A stretch of DNA of 64,000 bases from Eubacteriales bacterium (GTDB lineage: Bacteria > Bacillota > Clostridia > Oscillospirales > CAG-272), in NCBI GenBank assembly GCA_045545665.1, contig JAZQBL010000025.1:2087-66086 (forward strand). Reading direction: 5' to 3'. The position numbers were made by a program, and so were the translations under genes. Position 1 is the first letter of the stretch, and each line of letters starts with the position of its first letter. The notes under the pieces are model-generated. The model did no database searches, was not told where the DNA came from, and worked only from the letters and a program-made list of their open reading frames with translations. Shown piece after piece: positions 30,601 to 39,134 of this stretch.

Positions 30601-31611
30601 TTTTTCTTTTGCTTTTTCAAGTATTATATCGTCACTTTCGTCATCAAACGTATCACTGTCGGGAAGGTCCGCCAAAATACCGCACACAAGCCCATGTCTT
30701 TTATTTGATACGTAATATCTTTCAAGCTTTGAAAAAAGTCCGTCGTCATCTCCTGTAAGGAGTGAGGTTATAACGACAGCACACCTTGTATCCTTTGGTA
30801 TATCTTCCTTTCTTATACTCGCCTTTGAAAAAGGAACGAACAGCTTTGAGTAAGAATAATTCACAAGATAGACACTGCATTCGTAAAGCGGGAAAAGTGC
30901 CAGGGCAAACGGTATAAAAGAGTATTTTTCAAACGGATAAAACACAAAAGCAAGGCTTAAAGCAAAGAACAGAAAGAAAAAACAGATAAGCGGAAAATAA
31001 AGCAGACTTGCTTTTTTGTGTTTTTTCTCAAACAAAACGTCCGTAATATTTTCACCCGACAGCTTTTTTAAGGCTTTATATTCGCTGATCTTTCTTTTGT
31101 TTGCATATTCGGAAAGCAACCGGCGGTACTGTGCACGTGTTTTATCATCGCTTATTCTGTAATCACGGTAGTATAAGAGCTGTTTTTCCGTTTTACTGAG
31201 AGATGTGAATATTTTTTCGTAATTGAAATATTCGCATCTTCTCATAAACGATATCACACGTGCCGATATCTTTTCGTCTGTCTTTTTTTGACAGACGAGA
31301 TACAACTCTTCTGCACAGCAGTACACTATAAGCGGATACAAGAGTCTTAATTCACAGTCTGAAAAACTGTGCGCCGTAAGCTCTGTATACAATTCCGTCT
31401 CGGTGGCATTATACGAATATCTTTTTATTATATCGGATAATTCCCCGATGTGGGAAAACGACGGATGCTTTTCTTTTTTTATTTCTCTTTGCGCATACTT
31501 TATTTTTCTGCTTATATAATAATAATTTTCCGCCGTTTCTCTGTTATTTTCACAGCCGTTTCTTATTACAAGTCCGTATTTTTCCAATCTTTTGCAAAGC
31601 GTTTTTTTCAT
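24670..31611 (-). CDS. ndvB: Cyclic beta-1,2-glucan synthase-like protein (GT84 + cyclisation domain + GH94)
   Basis: YERKRG, ITLDADT, LSHD and RWIRGD (GT84); TM block; TSPTNIG, SWTGTAFEY and YGFYEAID (glucoamylase-like cyclisation domain); GAFGFRDQLQD, GDWNDGMN, ENGGQYTHG and WYTGAASW (GH94). Confidence 0.88.
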   Translation of the reverse strand: MKKTLCKRLEKYGLVIRNGCENNRETAENYYYISRKIKYAQREIKKEKHPSFSHIGELSDIIKRYSYNATETELYTELTAHSFSDCELRLLYPLIVYCCAEELYLVCQKKTDEKISARVISFMRRCEYFNYEKIFTSLSKTEKQLLYYRDYRISDDKTRAQYRRLLSEYANKRKISEYKALKKLSGENITDVLFEKKHKKASLLYFPLICFFFLFFALSLAFVFYPFEKYSFIPFALALFPLYECSVYLVNYSYSKLFVPFSKASIRKEDIPKDTRCAVVITSLLTGDDDGLFSKLERYYVSNKRHGLVCGILADLPDSDTFDDESDDIILEKAKEKIKKLCEKYGDVFFLFYRNREYSVSEGKFIAYERKRGAVCELCRLLNGEKNKVITYPENSADKLCKTKYLITLDADTVIAPGDAERMIQVAEHPINTPEYDEKKHRVVKGHGILQPCVETSLESSLKTRFSFLSSGAVGIQVYRYARFDVYSEIFKSGIFCGKGLINVEVFCKATDGIFPEEKILSHDIPEGCLMNVGMIPEITFYDSTPSNGISYFKRQNRWIRGDIQSLLAFCKRKIKSAKRTVKNPFTPFDKYKIFDNVRRDITPVFALAALFSGIFFTRHITVSVAVFSLFYLIIPCLVSLFECLVSGAFGVRRKFYSFTLSSFWYGFLTFLYRVSTLAHDAYTSAKAICKGIWRYCFSNRHLLEWVSASSAEKISSKGFFAYCIYCIFSSACGISFLFVPFGIYRAVGILFVLCPFVLYFTSLKREESKKEVSEDDKKTVQKYVNDMWRYFKDNVNEKNGFLPPDNVTIFAGERVAPRTSPTNIGLYLLSALCAYDFKIIGKNELLQRLDKSVGAVENLKKYEGNLYNWYDTETLCCLDGFVSFVDSGNFLCCLVALKEGIKNIEGASKIYQRIDALIENTHLECMFDKSRNMFYIGIDDKNGVTHQNHYDIYMSEERTADFFATAKGVNGFGVMSNSARVVISEKGHIGLASWTGTAFEYFMPVLFLPVFNDSLLYEAVRYAYKAQRSYTANAGNLQDVYGTSESCYYEFDTELNYQYKAHGVPSLGLKNGLSDDLVISPYSSFLMLCMGRSVLDNLENLKKYGAYGKYGFYEAIDFTKSRVKDGYALIKCFMAHHIGMSMVACANFVFDGIFQKRFTSDISVNSSLCLLYEKIPTDTPPYRKNEEYKKEEKTYFLPQTQEQKSPYGCISNSLCRADLTPGGECRLYYGNIMLCPSKKTGKLRFDVLENGGYHNLIGENNGVCDGYVCEFNTSDEEKCTSCASLSVCEDKNVFCIECAFNEGAQGLFSFSPVCEEERVFSSHISYSRLFITAKIKNGILILKRKRHPPKHDLYLALSMCDDFGIIPFEYEISADKVLPFEAEKYAFDVLRPSWVNTQYVCPAVPFVLMKTDRPHVKILLSCSNDESEAVHALHLASVQKNITSSNKSGIKNVFGSSYCDGMVLSSLLEKNIYPSKRSTPSKLDINTLWKHGISGDHPILTLDLTDVKIAKNPPSELLSVLYTHKTLLMKGHRYDTVILYTEQDKYHRDEENKLFDILRLVGVLPLVGRKNGIFALRCEDEDEKRYFLDISFYPSRRCQTVLPCVSTFCKTYENERTYSINGDEIEITNGNAPMPWSFIYSNESFGTLLTQNSLGFTWRGNSQNGKLTRFDSDVIDPCGEEIYAVCGGVLYPLAKNAEKTVFTLSYALYKGSIDKLTYEVCVFCDAEKERKYARVRITNYSAQSKSLELAYTADFVLGKENRTGALFAKKSKKSLTVVNAYERSEAVLYSPDGSISSFDGVKGAVRCVCSLDAVSSRAFYFTLGSFRFEDLSFDKERILYKKALDGYLDVYELHTKNRDFDVFFNKFSKYQALYCRVYARCGFYQNSGAFGFRDQLQDMICIMYSAPEYAREHILRCAAHQYEDGGVTHWWHPGEKETGVKTRCSDDMLWLVYVLGKYVSITGDDSVLFTPVPYLSSPVLAENEYDRYEQLNTSDMKESVYMHCVRAISHVKYGEHGLPLFGTGDWNDGMNNVGGESVWLAWFLYGVLQEASDLARLAGDDAGGEKYKRDAEILYENTENFAYNGKYYIRGTFSDGTLLGDSGCDVDILPQAFAAMYGKNKERITSSLNTVWDTLYDEKNKQLLLFTPAFDERSKYAGYICDYPKGIRENGGQYTHGAIWGAMGFFDAGMTERGFELLNALNPIIRNKDKELFDKYKGEPYVLAGDIYSAPELYGRCGWSWYTGAASWYFTAVLEKLIGYKETKDGFTVNPAYCKDFEKFRLTVRKKGTLYNISSENCEGKIYPFDGKEHTV

Positions 31612-31683
31612 AAGCCTACCGTTACCTTTTATTTAATATGTGAATTATCTCCGATTTGGATTTTTTTATTCAAATTACACGGT

Positions 31684-31716
31684 ATGACAAAATAATCACG
31701 CCGTTTGGTATACAAT
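31684..31716 (+). promoter_or_regulatory. spoIIG-type promoter (0A-box-like TGACAAA over -35, long spacer, TACAAT)
   Basis: ATGACA-21 nt-TACAAT; an overlong spacer is typical of Spo0A-activated spoIIG promoters. Confidence 0.45.
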
Positions 31717-31729
31717 CGTATCAAAGGAA

Positions 31730-32575
31730 GTGGTAGTAATAAAAACGACCGTATACGGTGACGTACTGTTCGTCATCAACTTTTCAATGGATATTCTGTC
31801 AATGTACATAAGCGGAAAGATACTTCATCTTGATATGAAGAAAAGAACGCTTGTTTTATCGTGCATCATCGGCGGTATTTACGGCGTTTTATCTCTTTTG
31901 ATAAAAAACGCTTTTTTATCCGTAATTATAAATATTTCCGTATATTTTCTTATGTGCTTTATTGCATTTCCGAAGATACGGCTTTCACAGTACGTAAAGC
32001 TTTGCTGTCTTTTCTGGTCCGTGTCGCTTTTAATGGGTGGTGCTGTGACGTGGTGTTATTCTTTTATAGATAAATTTGCTTCAGGTGTTGTATCCTCGCA
32101 ATCTCCCATACGGAAAATGCCTTTGCCGCTTTTTTTATTAACAGTGCTTTTTTGCGCCGTTTCAGCTTTTGTAACGGGAAAAATATTTTCAAAAAACAAG
32201 GATATAAAAGACACTGTAATTTATGTTCTGTTTGATGGCAGGTGCATTGAAACACACGTGCTTGTTGACAGCGGTAATCTGCTTACAGATCCGTTAAGCG
32301 GTCTGCCCGTGATACTCGTAACGGATGAAAAATTCAAAGCCGTCACTGGGGAATCTTCAGACACGGTATTGCAAAGCGGAAAACTAATTACAAAAATACG
32401 GTTTATTCCCGCATCGTCGGCAGGAGGAGATACTATGCTGTACGGTGTTGTATCGGACGTGGTACTAAAAAAAGCAAAAGGAAAAGAAATACCGTACAAA
32501 GCCGTTATTGCAGTATGCAAAAACAACAGCTTTGCAGGCTTTGACGGCGTATTTCCTCTTTGCTTATACGAATAA
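31730..32575 (+). CDS. spoIIGA: Pro-sigmaE processing aspartic peptidase
   Basis: VYGDVLFVINF, five TM segments and LVDSGNLLTDP; precedes sigE. Confidence 0.93.
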   Translation: MVVIKTTVYGDVLFVINFSMDILSMYISGKILHLDMKKRTLVLSCIIGGIYGVLSLLIKNAFLSVIINISVYFLMCFIAFPKIRLSQYVKLCCLFWSVSLLMGGAVTWCYSFIDKFASGVVSSQSPIRKMPLPLFLLTVLFCAVSAFVTGKIFSKNKDIKDTVIYVLFDGRCIETHVLVDSGNLLTDPLSGLPVILVTDEKFKAVTGESSDTVLQSGKLITKIRFIPASSAGGDTMLYGVVSDVVLKKAKGKEIPYKAVIAVCKNNSFAGFDGVFPLCLYE

Positions 32576-32590
32576 AAACGGAGAAAAAAT

Positions 32591-33289
32591 ATGATACTTA
32601 CACAGTTTATAAAAAAAGTTTTTAACATAAGATCGCATAATAATGCGGTTTTTTATATCAACGGTTCACAAACGCTTCCGCCACCCTTATCAGCCGAGGA
32701 AGAAGCCGAAATGATAGAAAAGCTTCCGAAAGATCCCGAAGCACGCAAAAAGCTCGTCGAGCATAATCTGCGTCTCGTCGTTTACATAGCCAAAAAATTT
32801 GAAAACACGGGGATTGGGATAGAGGATCTGATATCTATCGGAACGATAGGGCTTATAAAGTCGATAAACACATTCAATTCCGAAAAAAACATCAAGCTCG
32901 CAACGTATTCTTCACGGTGCATAGAAAACGAAATACTGATGTTTATAAGAAAAAACAGCCATTCAAAAAGCGAAGTGTCGCTTGATGAACCGCTTAACGT
33001 CGATTACGACGGCAACGAGCTTCTGATATGCGATATAATAGGAAGTGACGGTGATACCGTGTCGCAAAATATAGAGCAGGACGAGGAAAGGCAGATGATA
33101 CAAAGAGTCGTTTCATCCCTGAACGCACGTGAAAGGCAGATAATAGAATTACGCTTCGGACTTAACGGTAAGCACGAGCTGACACAAAAAGAAACCGCGG
33201 ATGCACTTGGGATATCCCAGTCGTACATCTCGCGGCTTGAAAAAAAGATAATCAAAAGACTTAAAGAACAGATAGAAAGCACTCTTTAG
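32591..33289 (+). CDS. sigE: Sporulation sigma factor E
   Basis: [43 protein letters not shown] and [10 protein letters not shown]. Confidence 0.96.
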   Translation: MILTQFIKKVFNIRSHNNAVFYINGSQTLPPPLSAEEEAEMIEKLPKDPEARKKLVEHNLRLVVYIAKKFENTGIGIEDLISIGTIGLIKSINTFNSEKNIKLATYSSRCIENEILMFIRKNSHSKSEVSLDEPLNVDYDGNELLICDIIGSDGDTVSQNIEQDEERQMIQRVVSSLNARERQIIELRFGLNGKHELTQKETADALGISQSYISRLEKKIIKRLKEQIESTL

Positions 33290-34242
33290 TCTTCGCAATC
33301 GTAGTGAAGTCCCCAAAAGTCTTTCAAAGCACTTACCGTGTGCATAACGTTTTTCGTATGCACCTGATACAAATAAGCATCGTTTTCGAAATTTTCTATT
33401 TCATACATCAAAGCTTTTCCGCTTTCTCCCTCTTTGACGTTTTCAACTCGGCCGTCGTTATAAACTATTACGGCACTGTCTGCTCTCGGGTAATTTTCAA
33501 TTTCAATATACGCTTTGTCACACGAAATAATTATTTTTTTTGGAAGCTTGGAGCAAAGTGAGCAGGTGAGTGTCTCAATTTGTCCGTCCTGTCTTTTTAT
33601 GAGTGCGCCAAACGATTTATCTACACCGTTTTCTGCAAATTCAACGCTTGAAATTATCGACTCAATATCCTTGTTCGTATACATTTCAGCGCACGCCAAA
33701 GCGTAAACGCCGATATCCAAAAGCGCACCGCCCGCTGTTTTTCTTGAAAAGAATCTGTTTTCTAAATCGTACGGCTTCGTGCTTCCGAAATTCACCTGTA
33801 TGAGATTAGTTTTTCCGAATTCACCCGATATTACACGACGTGAAAGCGTTCTGTGCAGAGGCATATGGTAAACTGTCATGGCTTCGGCTATTTTTACGTC
33901 CTTGCTGTTTGCACTCCATACGTCGTCATACTGTTTTTCATTTACCGTTATTGCTTTTTCACAAAGCACGTGCATACCGCGCTCGACGGCTTTTTTGATA
34001 TATTCGTAGTGAACGTGGTGAGGTGTTGCAATATACAAAGCGTTTACGTCTTTATCGGAAAACAGCTCGTCTTCTGATGCATATGAGTGGCAAATACCGT
34101 ATTTTTCGGCAAACTTTTTGCAATTTTCCGTATTTCTGCAGTAAACTCCGTGAATCTTTCTGCCTGTTTTAAGGAAAGCTTCCGCCATATCGGATGAAGC
34201 CCAACCGCATCCGACAAACGCCCAATTAAATTTATTTTCCAT
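33286..34242 (-). CDS. Gfo/Idh/MocA family oxidoreductase
   Basis: [21 protein letters not shown] and [10 protein letters not shown]. Confidence 0.92.
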   Translation of the reverse strand: MENKFNWAFVGCGWASSDMAEAFLKTGRKIHGVYCRNTENCKKFAEKYGICHSYASEDELFSDKDVNALYIATPHHVHYEYIKKAVERGMHVLCEKAITVNEKQYDDVWSANSKDVKIAEAMTVYHMPLHRTLSRRVISGEFGKTNLIQVNFGSTKPYDLENRFFSRKTAGGALLDIGVYALACAEMYTNKDIESIISSVEFAENGVDKSFGALIKRQDGQIETLTCSLCSKLPKKIIISCDKAYIEIENYPRADSAVIVYNDGRVENVKEGESGKALMYEIENFENDAYLYQVHTKNVMHTVSALKDFWGLHYDCED

Positions 34243-34329
34243 TTTTCACCCTTTAAACAATATTATTTTCAAATTATTTTTAAAAGCTCTTGACAAAATG
34301 CAAAGTTTTTGGTATTATACAATTGTTGT

Positions 34330-34405
34330 GCTGCTATGGCTCAGCTGGCAGAGCACATCCTTGGTAAGGATGAGGTCGACAGTTCGACTCTGTCTAGCAG
34401 CTCCA
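34330..34405 (+). tRNA. tRNA-Thr(GGT)
   Basis: GCTGCTATGGCTCAGCTGGCAGAGC, CATCC-TT-GGT-AA-GGATG, GTTCGA, CCA end; TTGACA-17-TATTAT promoter upstream, terminator 34407-34434. Confidence 0.96.
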
Positions 34406-34522
34406 TAAAAAACCGTCGTTTCCGACGGTTTTTTATTTTATTAAGCCTTCATTCAAAGAAAGGTGTCACACCGTGTACACGGTGTGACGGAAAGAGTGTA
34501 CTCTTTCAAATGTTATATCCTC

Positions 34523-35620
34523 TTATACGTTAAATCTGAACAGCGTTACGTCGCCGTCTTTCATAACGTACTCTTTTCCTTCGCTTCGTATAAGTCCCTT
34601 TTCGCGCGCCGTCGTCATATTCTTTCCGCAGGCAACAAGGTCGTCAAAGCCGACAATTTCCGCTCTGATAAATCCTCTTTCAAAATCGGAATGTATCTTA
34701 CCTGCCGCACCGGGAGCTTTCGTGCCGTTCTTTATCGTCCACGCTCTTACTTCCTGCGGACCTGCCGTAAGGAAGCTGATAAGTCCGAGAAGCTTATAGC
34801 TTGCCTTGATAAGTCTGTCAAGACCGCTTTGTCCCATACCGAGCTCTTCAAGGAACGCCTTTGCTTCTTCTTCATCAAGTGCTGCTATTTCAAACTCAAG
34901 AGATGCACAAACGGGGATGATCTCGGAATTTTCACTCTGTGCAAATTCCTTGAGTGCTGCGTAGTTTTTGTTATCAAGCGGCTCGCCTGCGACCTCATCT
35001 TCCGATACGTTTGCCGCATAGATAACGGGTTTTGCGGAAAGCAGAGGAAGCGTTGCCATTATTTCTTTTTCATCATCCGTCATTTCTATACAGCGTGCTG
35101 TTTTTCCTTCATCGAGGTGAACTGCAAGCTTTTTAAGAAATTCTATTTCGGGAAGTATCGATTTATCCGCTTTAAGGATCTTTTCGTCTTTGTCTATTCT
35201 CTTTTGCACGATCTCCATATCGGACAAAATGAGTTCTGTATTTATCGTTTCAACGTCACGAAGCGAGTCAACGTCGCCTTCAACGTGAATGATATTTTCA
35301 TTTTCAAAGCATCTTACCACGTGAACGACTGCATCTACCTCACGTATGTGTGACAAAAATTTATTTCCGAGACCTTCACCGTGGGAAGCACCTTTTACAA
35401 GACCTGCAATATCAACGAATTCTATTACTGCAGGTGTGTATTTTTGAGGTGAATACATCTCTGCAAGAACGTCAAGACGGTAATCGGGAACGGGAACGAC
35501 ACCCACGTTCGGCTCGATGGTGCAGAACGGATAGTTTGCACACTCTGCCCCTGCCTTCGTTATTGCATTAAAAAGAGTACTTTTACCGACGTTCGGAAGT
35601 CCTACTATACCAAGCTTCAT
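34523..35620 (-). CDS. ychF: Redox-regulated ATPase YchF
   Basis: [36 protein letters not shown] and [15 protein letters not shown]. Confidence 0.98.
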   Translation of the reverse strand: MKLGIVGLPNVGKSTLFNAITKAGAECANYPFCTIEPNVGVVPVPDYRLDVLAEMYSPQKYTPAVIEFVDIAGLVKGASHGEGLGNKFLSHIREVDAVVHVVRCFENENIIHVEGDVDSLRDVETINTELILSDMEIVQKRIDKDEKILKADKSILPEIEFLKKLAVHLDEGKTARCIEMTDDEKEIMATLPLLSAKPVIYAANVSEDEVAGEPLDNKNYAALKEFAQSENSEIIPVCASLEFEIAALDEEEAKAFLEELGMGQSGLDRLIKASYKLLGLISFLTAGPQEVRAWTIKNGTKAPGAAGKIHSDFERGFIRAEIVGFDDLVACGKNMTTAREKGLIRSEGKEYVMKDGDVTLFRFNV

Positions 35621-35705
35621 AATTTATATCCTCTATACAATATTTAATGTTTTGATTATATCATTCAAAAATAAAAATGTCAACCCTTTTGAACTTCTTA
35701 TCGCG

Positions 35706-35912
35706 TTAAAAGAAAAACAGCTCTTCAAATTTTTTATCAAGTGCTATGCACAGTACAAGTGCAAGCTTTGCCGTCGGGGTAAACTGCCCTGTTTCTATTG
35801 AGCTTATCGTATTTCTCGACACGCCGACCAGCTCGGCAAGCTGTTGCTGTGAAAAACCTTTTTCCGCACGGACTTCTTTAAGATGATTCTTTAAAACGAG
35901 TTTTTCGTCCAT
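35706..35912 (-). CDS. XRE/Cro-family helix-turn-helix regulator
   Basis: MDEKLVLKNHLKEVR...SQQQLAELVGVSRNTISSIE; ATG overlaps the upstream stop. Confidence 0.92.
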   Translation of the reverse strand: MDEKLVLKNHLKEVRAEKGFSQQQLAELVGVSRNTISSIETGQFTPTAKLALVLCIALDKKFEELFFF

Positions 35913-36241
35913 TACATCACCGCCTTGATTGCAAGTGCAACAGCGAACGCAACAGCAAATGCGATACACAAAACACCGCACACAAGCTTTGATTTAGTTT
36001 TTAAATACTTATAAAGTGTGATCTCACTGCTTCCCTGCATTGAAAAATAGACCATCCAGGCAGCCAAGGCAAGCTCGGGAATATCTAAAACGAATCTGCT
36101 TACGATAACTAAAATAACGCAGATAACACCGCCGACTGCCATACCGACACGCGACGCTTTGCCGAAGGCTTCAAGCTCACGCTCGTCAAGCTTACCTTCG
36201 TTTTCTTTTTGACTCATTTTAAGTATGTCTTCTTTCTTCAT
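35912..36241 (-). CDS. Small membrane protein (DUF6442-like)
   Basis: MKKEDILKMSQKEN...DERE then three TM segments; paired with the XRE gene. Confidence 0.7.
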   Translation of the reverse strand: MKKEDILKMSQKENEGKLDERELEAFGKASRVGMAVGGVICVILVIVSRFVLDIPELALAAWMVYFSMQGSSEITLYKYLKTKSKLVCGVLCIAFAVAFAVALAIKAVM

Positions 36242-36257
36242 AATGATCTCCTTTATT

Positions 36258-36334
36258 TGACAAGTTTACTTTGCATCTTTATTATACACTTGACAAGTAA
36301 ACTTGTCAAGTGCTTTTGCAAAGTTTTCTTTGCA
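36258..36334 (-). promoter_or_regulatory. Sigma-A promoter overlapped by three 18-bp palindromic operators
   Basis: TTGACA(36309-36304)-17-TATAAT(36286-36281); operators TGACAAGTTTACTTTGCA, TGACAAGTAAACTTGTCA and TGCAAAGTTTTCTTTGCA. Confidence 0.7.
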
Positions 36335-36349
36335 TTTTTTGATAAATCA

Positions 36350-36381
36350 AAAGACAGTACGCAAAATTACGTACTGTCTTT
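36350..36381 (-). terminator. Terminator of the acyl-CoA synthetase gene
   Basis: AAAGACAGTACG...CGTACTGTCTTT. Confidence 0.65.
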
Positions 36382-36388
36382 CATAAAT

Positions 36389-38677
36389 TTATCTTAATTC
36401 GTTTCTCTTTATTTTACCGCTTATCGTTTTGGGAAGGGATTCCATAAATTGAACGACTCTGGGGTATTTATACGGTGCTGTGTGTTCTTTTACGTACGTC
36501 TGGATCTCTTTTTTGAGTTCTTCCGTTCCCTCTTTGCCCTTTACAAGCACGATAGACGCCTTTATTGCCTGACCGCGTATCGGGTCGGGTACGGCAGTTA
36601 CGGCACATTCAAGAACGTACGGAAGCTCCATGATGACGCTTTCTATTTCAAACGGACCGATACGGTAGCCTGACGACTTGATAACGTCATCCGTTCTGCC
36701 GACATACCAGAAATATCCGTCTTCGTCACGCCATGCGGTATCACCTGTATGATACAGACCGTCGTGCCATGCTTCTTTCGTCTTTTCTTCGTTGAGGTAG
36801 TATCCTTTGAAAAGTCCGCAAGGTACGCTGTCTTCCGTGTGTATAACGATCTCACCGGTTTCACCGACAGGCAAGCTGTTTCCGTCTTCATCGACGATAT
36901 CAACTTTGTATTGAGGACTCGGTCTGCCCATAGCGCCGGGTTTCGGTGTTGTGCCTACGAGGTTGCAGATACTGAGCGTTGTTTCCGTCTGTCCGAAGCC
37001 TTCCATGATGGTAAGTCCCGTTGCACGGCGCCACTGTTCAAATACCTCGGGGTTAAGCGCTTCGCCCGCCGTTGTTGAATATTCGATACTTGAAAGATCG
37101 AATTTTGAAAGATCCTCTTTGATAAAGAAGCGGTACATCGTGGGAGGAGCGCAGAAAGTCGTTATATTGTATTTTGCAAACATCGGAAGGATATCGTTTG
37201 CATCGAATCTGTCGAAGTCGTACGTAAATACTGCCGCTTCGCAGAGCCACTGACCGTAAAGCTTACCCCAGACGGCTTTGCCCCATCCCGTATCGGATAT
37301 TGTGAAGTGCAAGCCTTCGGGATTTACGTTGTGCCAATATCTTGCCGTGATGTAGTGACCTATTGCGTATCTGTAGTCGTGCGTTGCTATCTTGGGATAT
37401 CCCGTTGTACCGGATGTGAAGTACATAAGCATAGGATCAAAGCCGCACGCCGTATCTTCACGTCTTTCGTACACGTCGGACATTTTTTCAACTTCTTCGT
37501 TGAAGTCGAGCCAGCCTTCTCTCTTTTCGCCGACGATAACCTTCACAAGGTCGTGATTGATAGCATCTGATGCCATTTCGGCCTGATGTGCAACGTCGCC
37601 GTCAGAAGTACAGATGATGGCGTTTACTTTTGCCGCCTTATATCTGTATTCAAAGTCGTGCTGCATAAGCTGGTTGGTTGCGGGTATTGCAATAGCTCCT
37701 ATCTTATGCAAAGCAAGTATTGAGAACCAGAACTGATAGTGGCGCTTCAACACGAGCATTACTCTGTCGCCTTTTTTGATACCGAGAGATTCAAAATAGT
37801 TCGCTGTCATAGCGGAATATTTTTTCATATCGCCAAAGGTAAAACGTCTTTCGGTCTTATCCTTTGATACGTGGAGCATTGCAAGCTTGTCGGGCGTTCT
37901 GTCAGCCACCGCATCAACTGTATCAAATGCAAAGTTATATTTTTCTTCGTTCTTAAAGGATATTGACTTCAGCACTCCGTTTCCATCGCAAACGGTATCT
38001 ATGAAGTTTGCCGCAATGCTTGTTTTATGTGCGTCACGTCTTGCCTTACGTTGTGATACGATCTTTTCAAACTGGTCCTTTTCAGCTGTTTCTTCCGTCT
38101 TTTTGAGTACGATAGCGTAAAATTTCGTTCCTTCGGGATCGAGTGCTATCATTCCGTGAGGTGCGCTTGAGTTATAGTATATCGAATCACCGGGGCCGAG
38201 GACCTCGACGTTATTGCCGATCTGCACCTTCATTTTACCCGATATGATGATATCAAGCTCCTGTCCTTCGTGAGTTGAAAGCTTTATGGGTTTATCAAGC
38301 TCATCTGCATTATAGGGCATTTCAACAAAGAACGGTTCTGCCGTTTTCTGCTTGAACAAAGGCGCAAGGTTCAAATATTTGAAGCCTTCTCTTCTCGTTA
38401 TGGGAAGACCGTCGCCCTTTCTTGTGAGGTTGTAGTTGGAAAGCGTCGGGCTTTCTCCCTTGATAAGATCGGTAGGGTCAACTTTCAAGTTGTTTGCACA
38501 CTTATAGATAAAGGTAAAGCTGAAATCAAGCTCACCTGCCTCGTATTTCAGATACGTTTCATGTGATACACCCGTTTTCACTGCCATATCTTCGGAAGAT
38601 ATGCCCATAATTTCACGCAGAGTTTTAATTCTTTGCGCCACCTCGCACAGTTGTGCTTTCAAATCCGTTTTTTCCAT
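36389..38677 (-). CDS. XRE-HTH + cupin + AMP-binding acyl-CoA synthetase fusion
   Basis: N-terminal HTH (RIKTLRE...YLKYEAGE) and cupin (HEGQE...GDSIYYNSSAPHGM); YFTSGTTGYPK, GFGQTE, YHTGD and LPKTISGKI; ATG 38677 with AAGGA RBS. Confidence 0.92.
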   Translation of the reverse strand: MEKTDLKAQLCEVAQRIKTLREIMGISSEDMAVKTGVSHETYLKYEAGELDFSFTFIYKCANNLKVDPTDLIKGESPTLSNYNLTRKGDGLPITRREGFKYLNLAPLFKQKTAEPFFVEMPYNADELDKPIKLSTHEGQELDIIISGKMKVQIGNNVEVLGPGDSIYYNSSAPHGMIALDPEGTKFYAIVLKKTEETAEKDQFEKIVSQRKARRDAHKTSIAANFIDTVCDGNGVLKSISFKNEEKYNFAFDTVDAVADRTPDKLAMLHVSKDKTERRFTFGDMKKYSAMTANYFESLGIKKGDRVMLVLKRHYQFWFSILALHKIGAIAIPATNQLMQHDFEYRYKAAKVNAIICTSDGDVAHQAEMASDAINHDLVKVIVGEKREGWLDFNEEVEKMSDVYERREDTACGFDPMLMYFTSGTTGYPKIATHDYRYAIGHYITARYWHNVNPEGLHFTISDTGWGKAVWGKLYGQWLCEAAVFTYDFDRFDANDILPMFAKYNITTFCAPPTMYRFFIKEDLSKFDLSSIEYSTTAGEALNPEVFEQWRRATGLTIMEGFGQTETTLSICNLVGTTPKPGAMGRPSPQYKVDIVDEDGNSLPVGETGEIVIHTEDSVPCGLFKGYYLNEEKTKEAWHDGLYHTGDTAWRDEDGYFWYVGRTDDVIKSSGYRIGPFEIESVIMELPYVLECAVTAVPDPIRGQAIKASIVLVKGKEGTEELKKEIQTYVKEHTAPYKYPRVVQFMESLPKTISGKIKRNELR

Positions 38678-38744
38678 TTCTTTTCTTCCTTTCAAATAGA
38701 TTTGATGTTTTGCTTTCTTGCGTTCAAAGCGGCTTGAGTGAAAA

Positions 38745-39005
38745 CAAAAAAGTCCCAAAGTCTTTTAATGACTTTGAGACGGAAAATAATATCCGCGGTA
38801 CCACTCAATTTGCATATAAAATGCCACTTCGGACTCATCGCAAAGCCCTTTGCCTTAACGCGGCTACACGTGAGAAGTTACTGTGATTTTCACCTCTCCC
38901 ACTCAGAAATGATGTGGCGATGTTGAAATCAGTCCTATCGGCTCGCACCTACCGCCGACTCTCTGTAAAAACCTCATTCCGCCGTTTTCTTCACTGTGTT
39001 TACGT
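38745..39005 (-). ncRNA. T-box riboswitch, probable Ile (AUC) specifier
   Basis: AGAGAG and GGTG stem I motifs, specifier loop GCCAC-ATC-A-TTTCT, AATTGAGTGGTACCGCGG T-box, terminator GTCTCAAAGTC...GACTTTGGGAC-TTTTTT; promoter TTGACA-17-TATAAT at 39041-39013. Confidence 0.9.
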
Positions 39006-39134
39006 TGGGCACATTATACACCATGATTTTTATTTTGTCAATAGTTTTTTTGAATTTTTTTGAAGTATTTTTTCAGAGTTTTAAAGCAAAACACACCTTT
39101 GAAGATATTTTTTCTTCAAAAGTGTGTTTGTATT

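Noticed and set aside
34463-34506. 24-bp perfect palindrome GTCACACCGTGTACACGGTGTGAC
   Set aside because: Adequately explained as the ychF terminator
34463-35353. 296-aa + strand ORF
   Set aside because: Antisense shadow of ychF; no RBS or recognisable motifs
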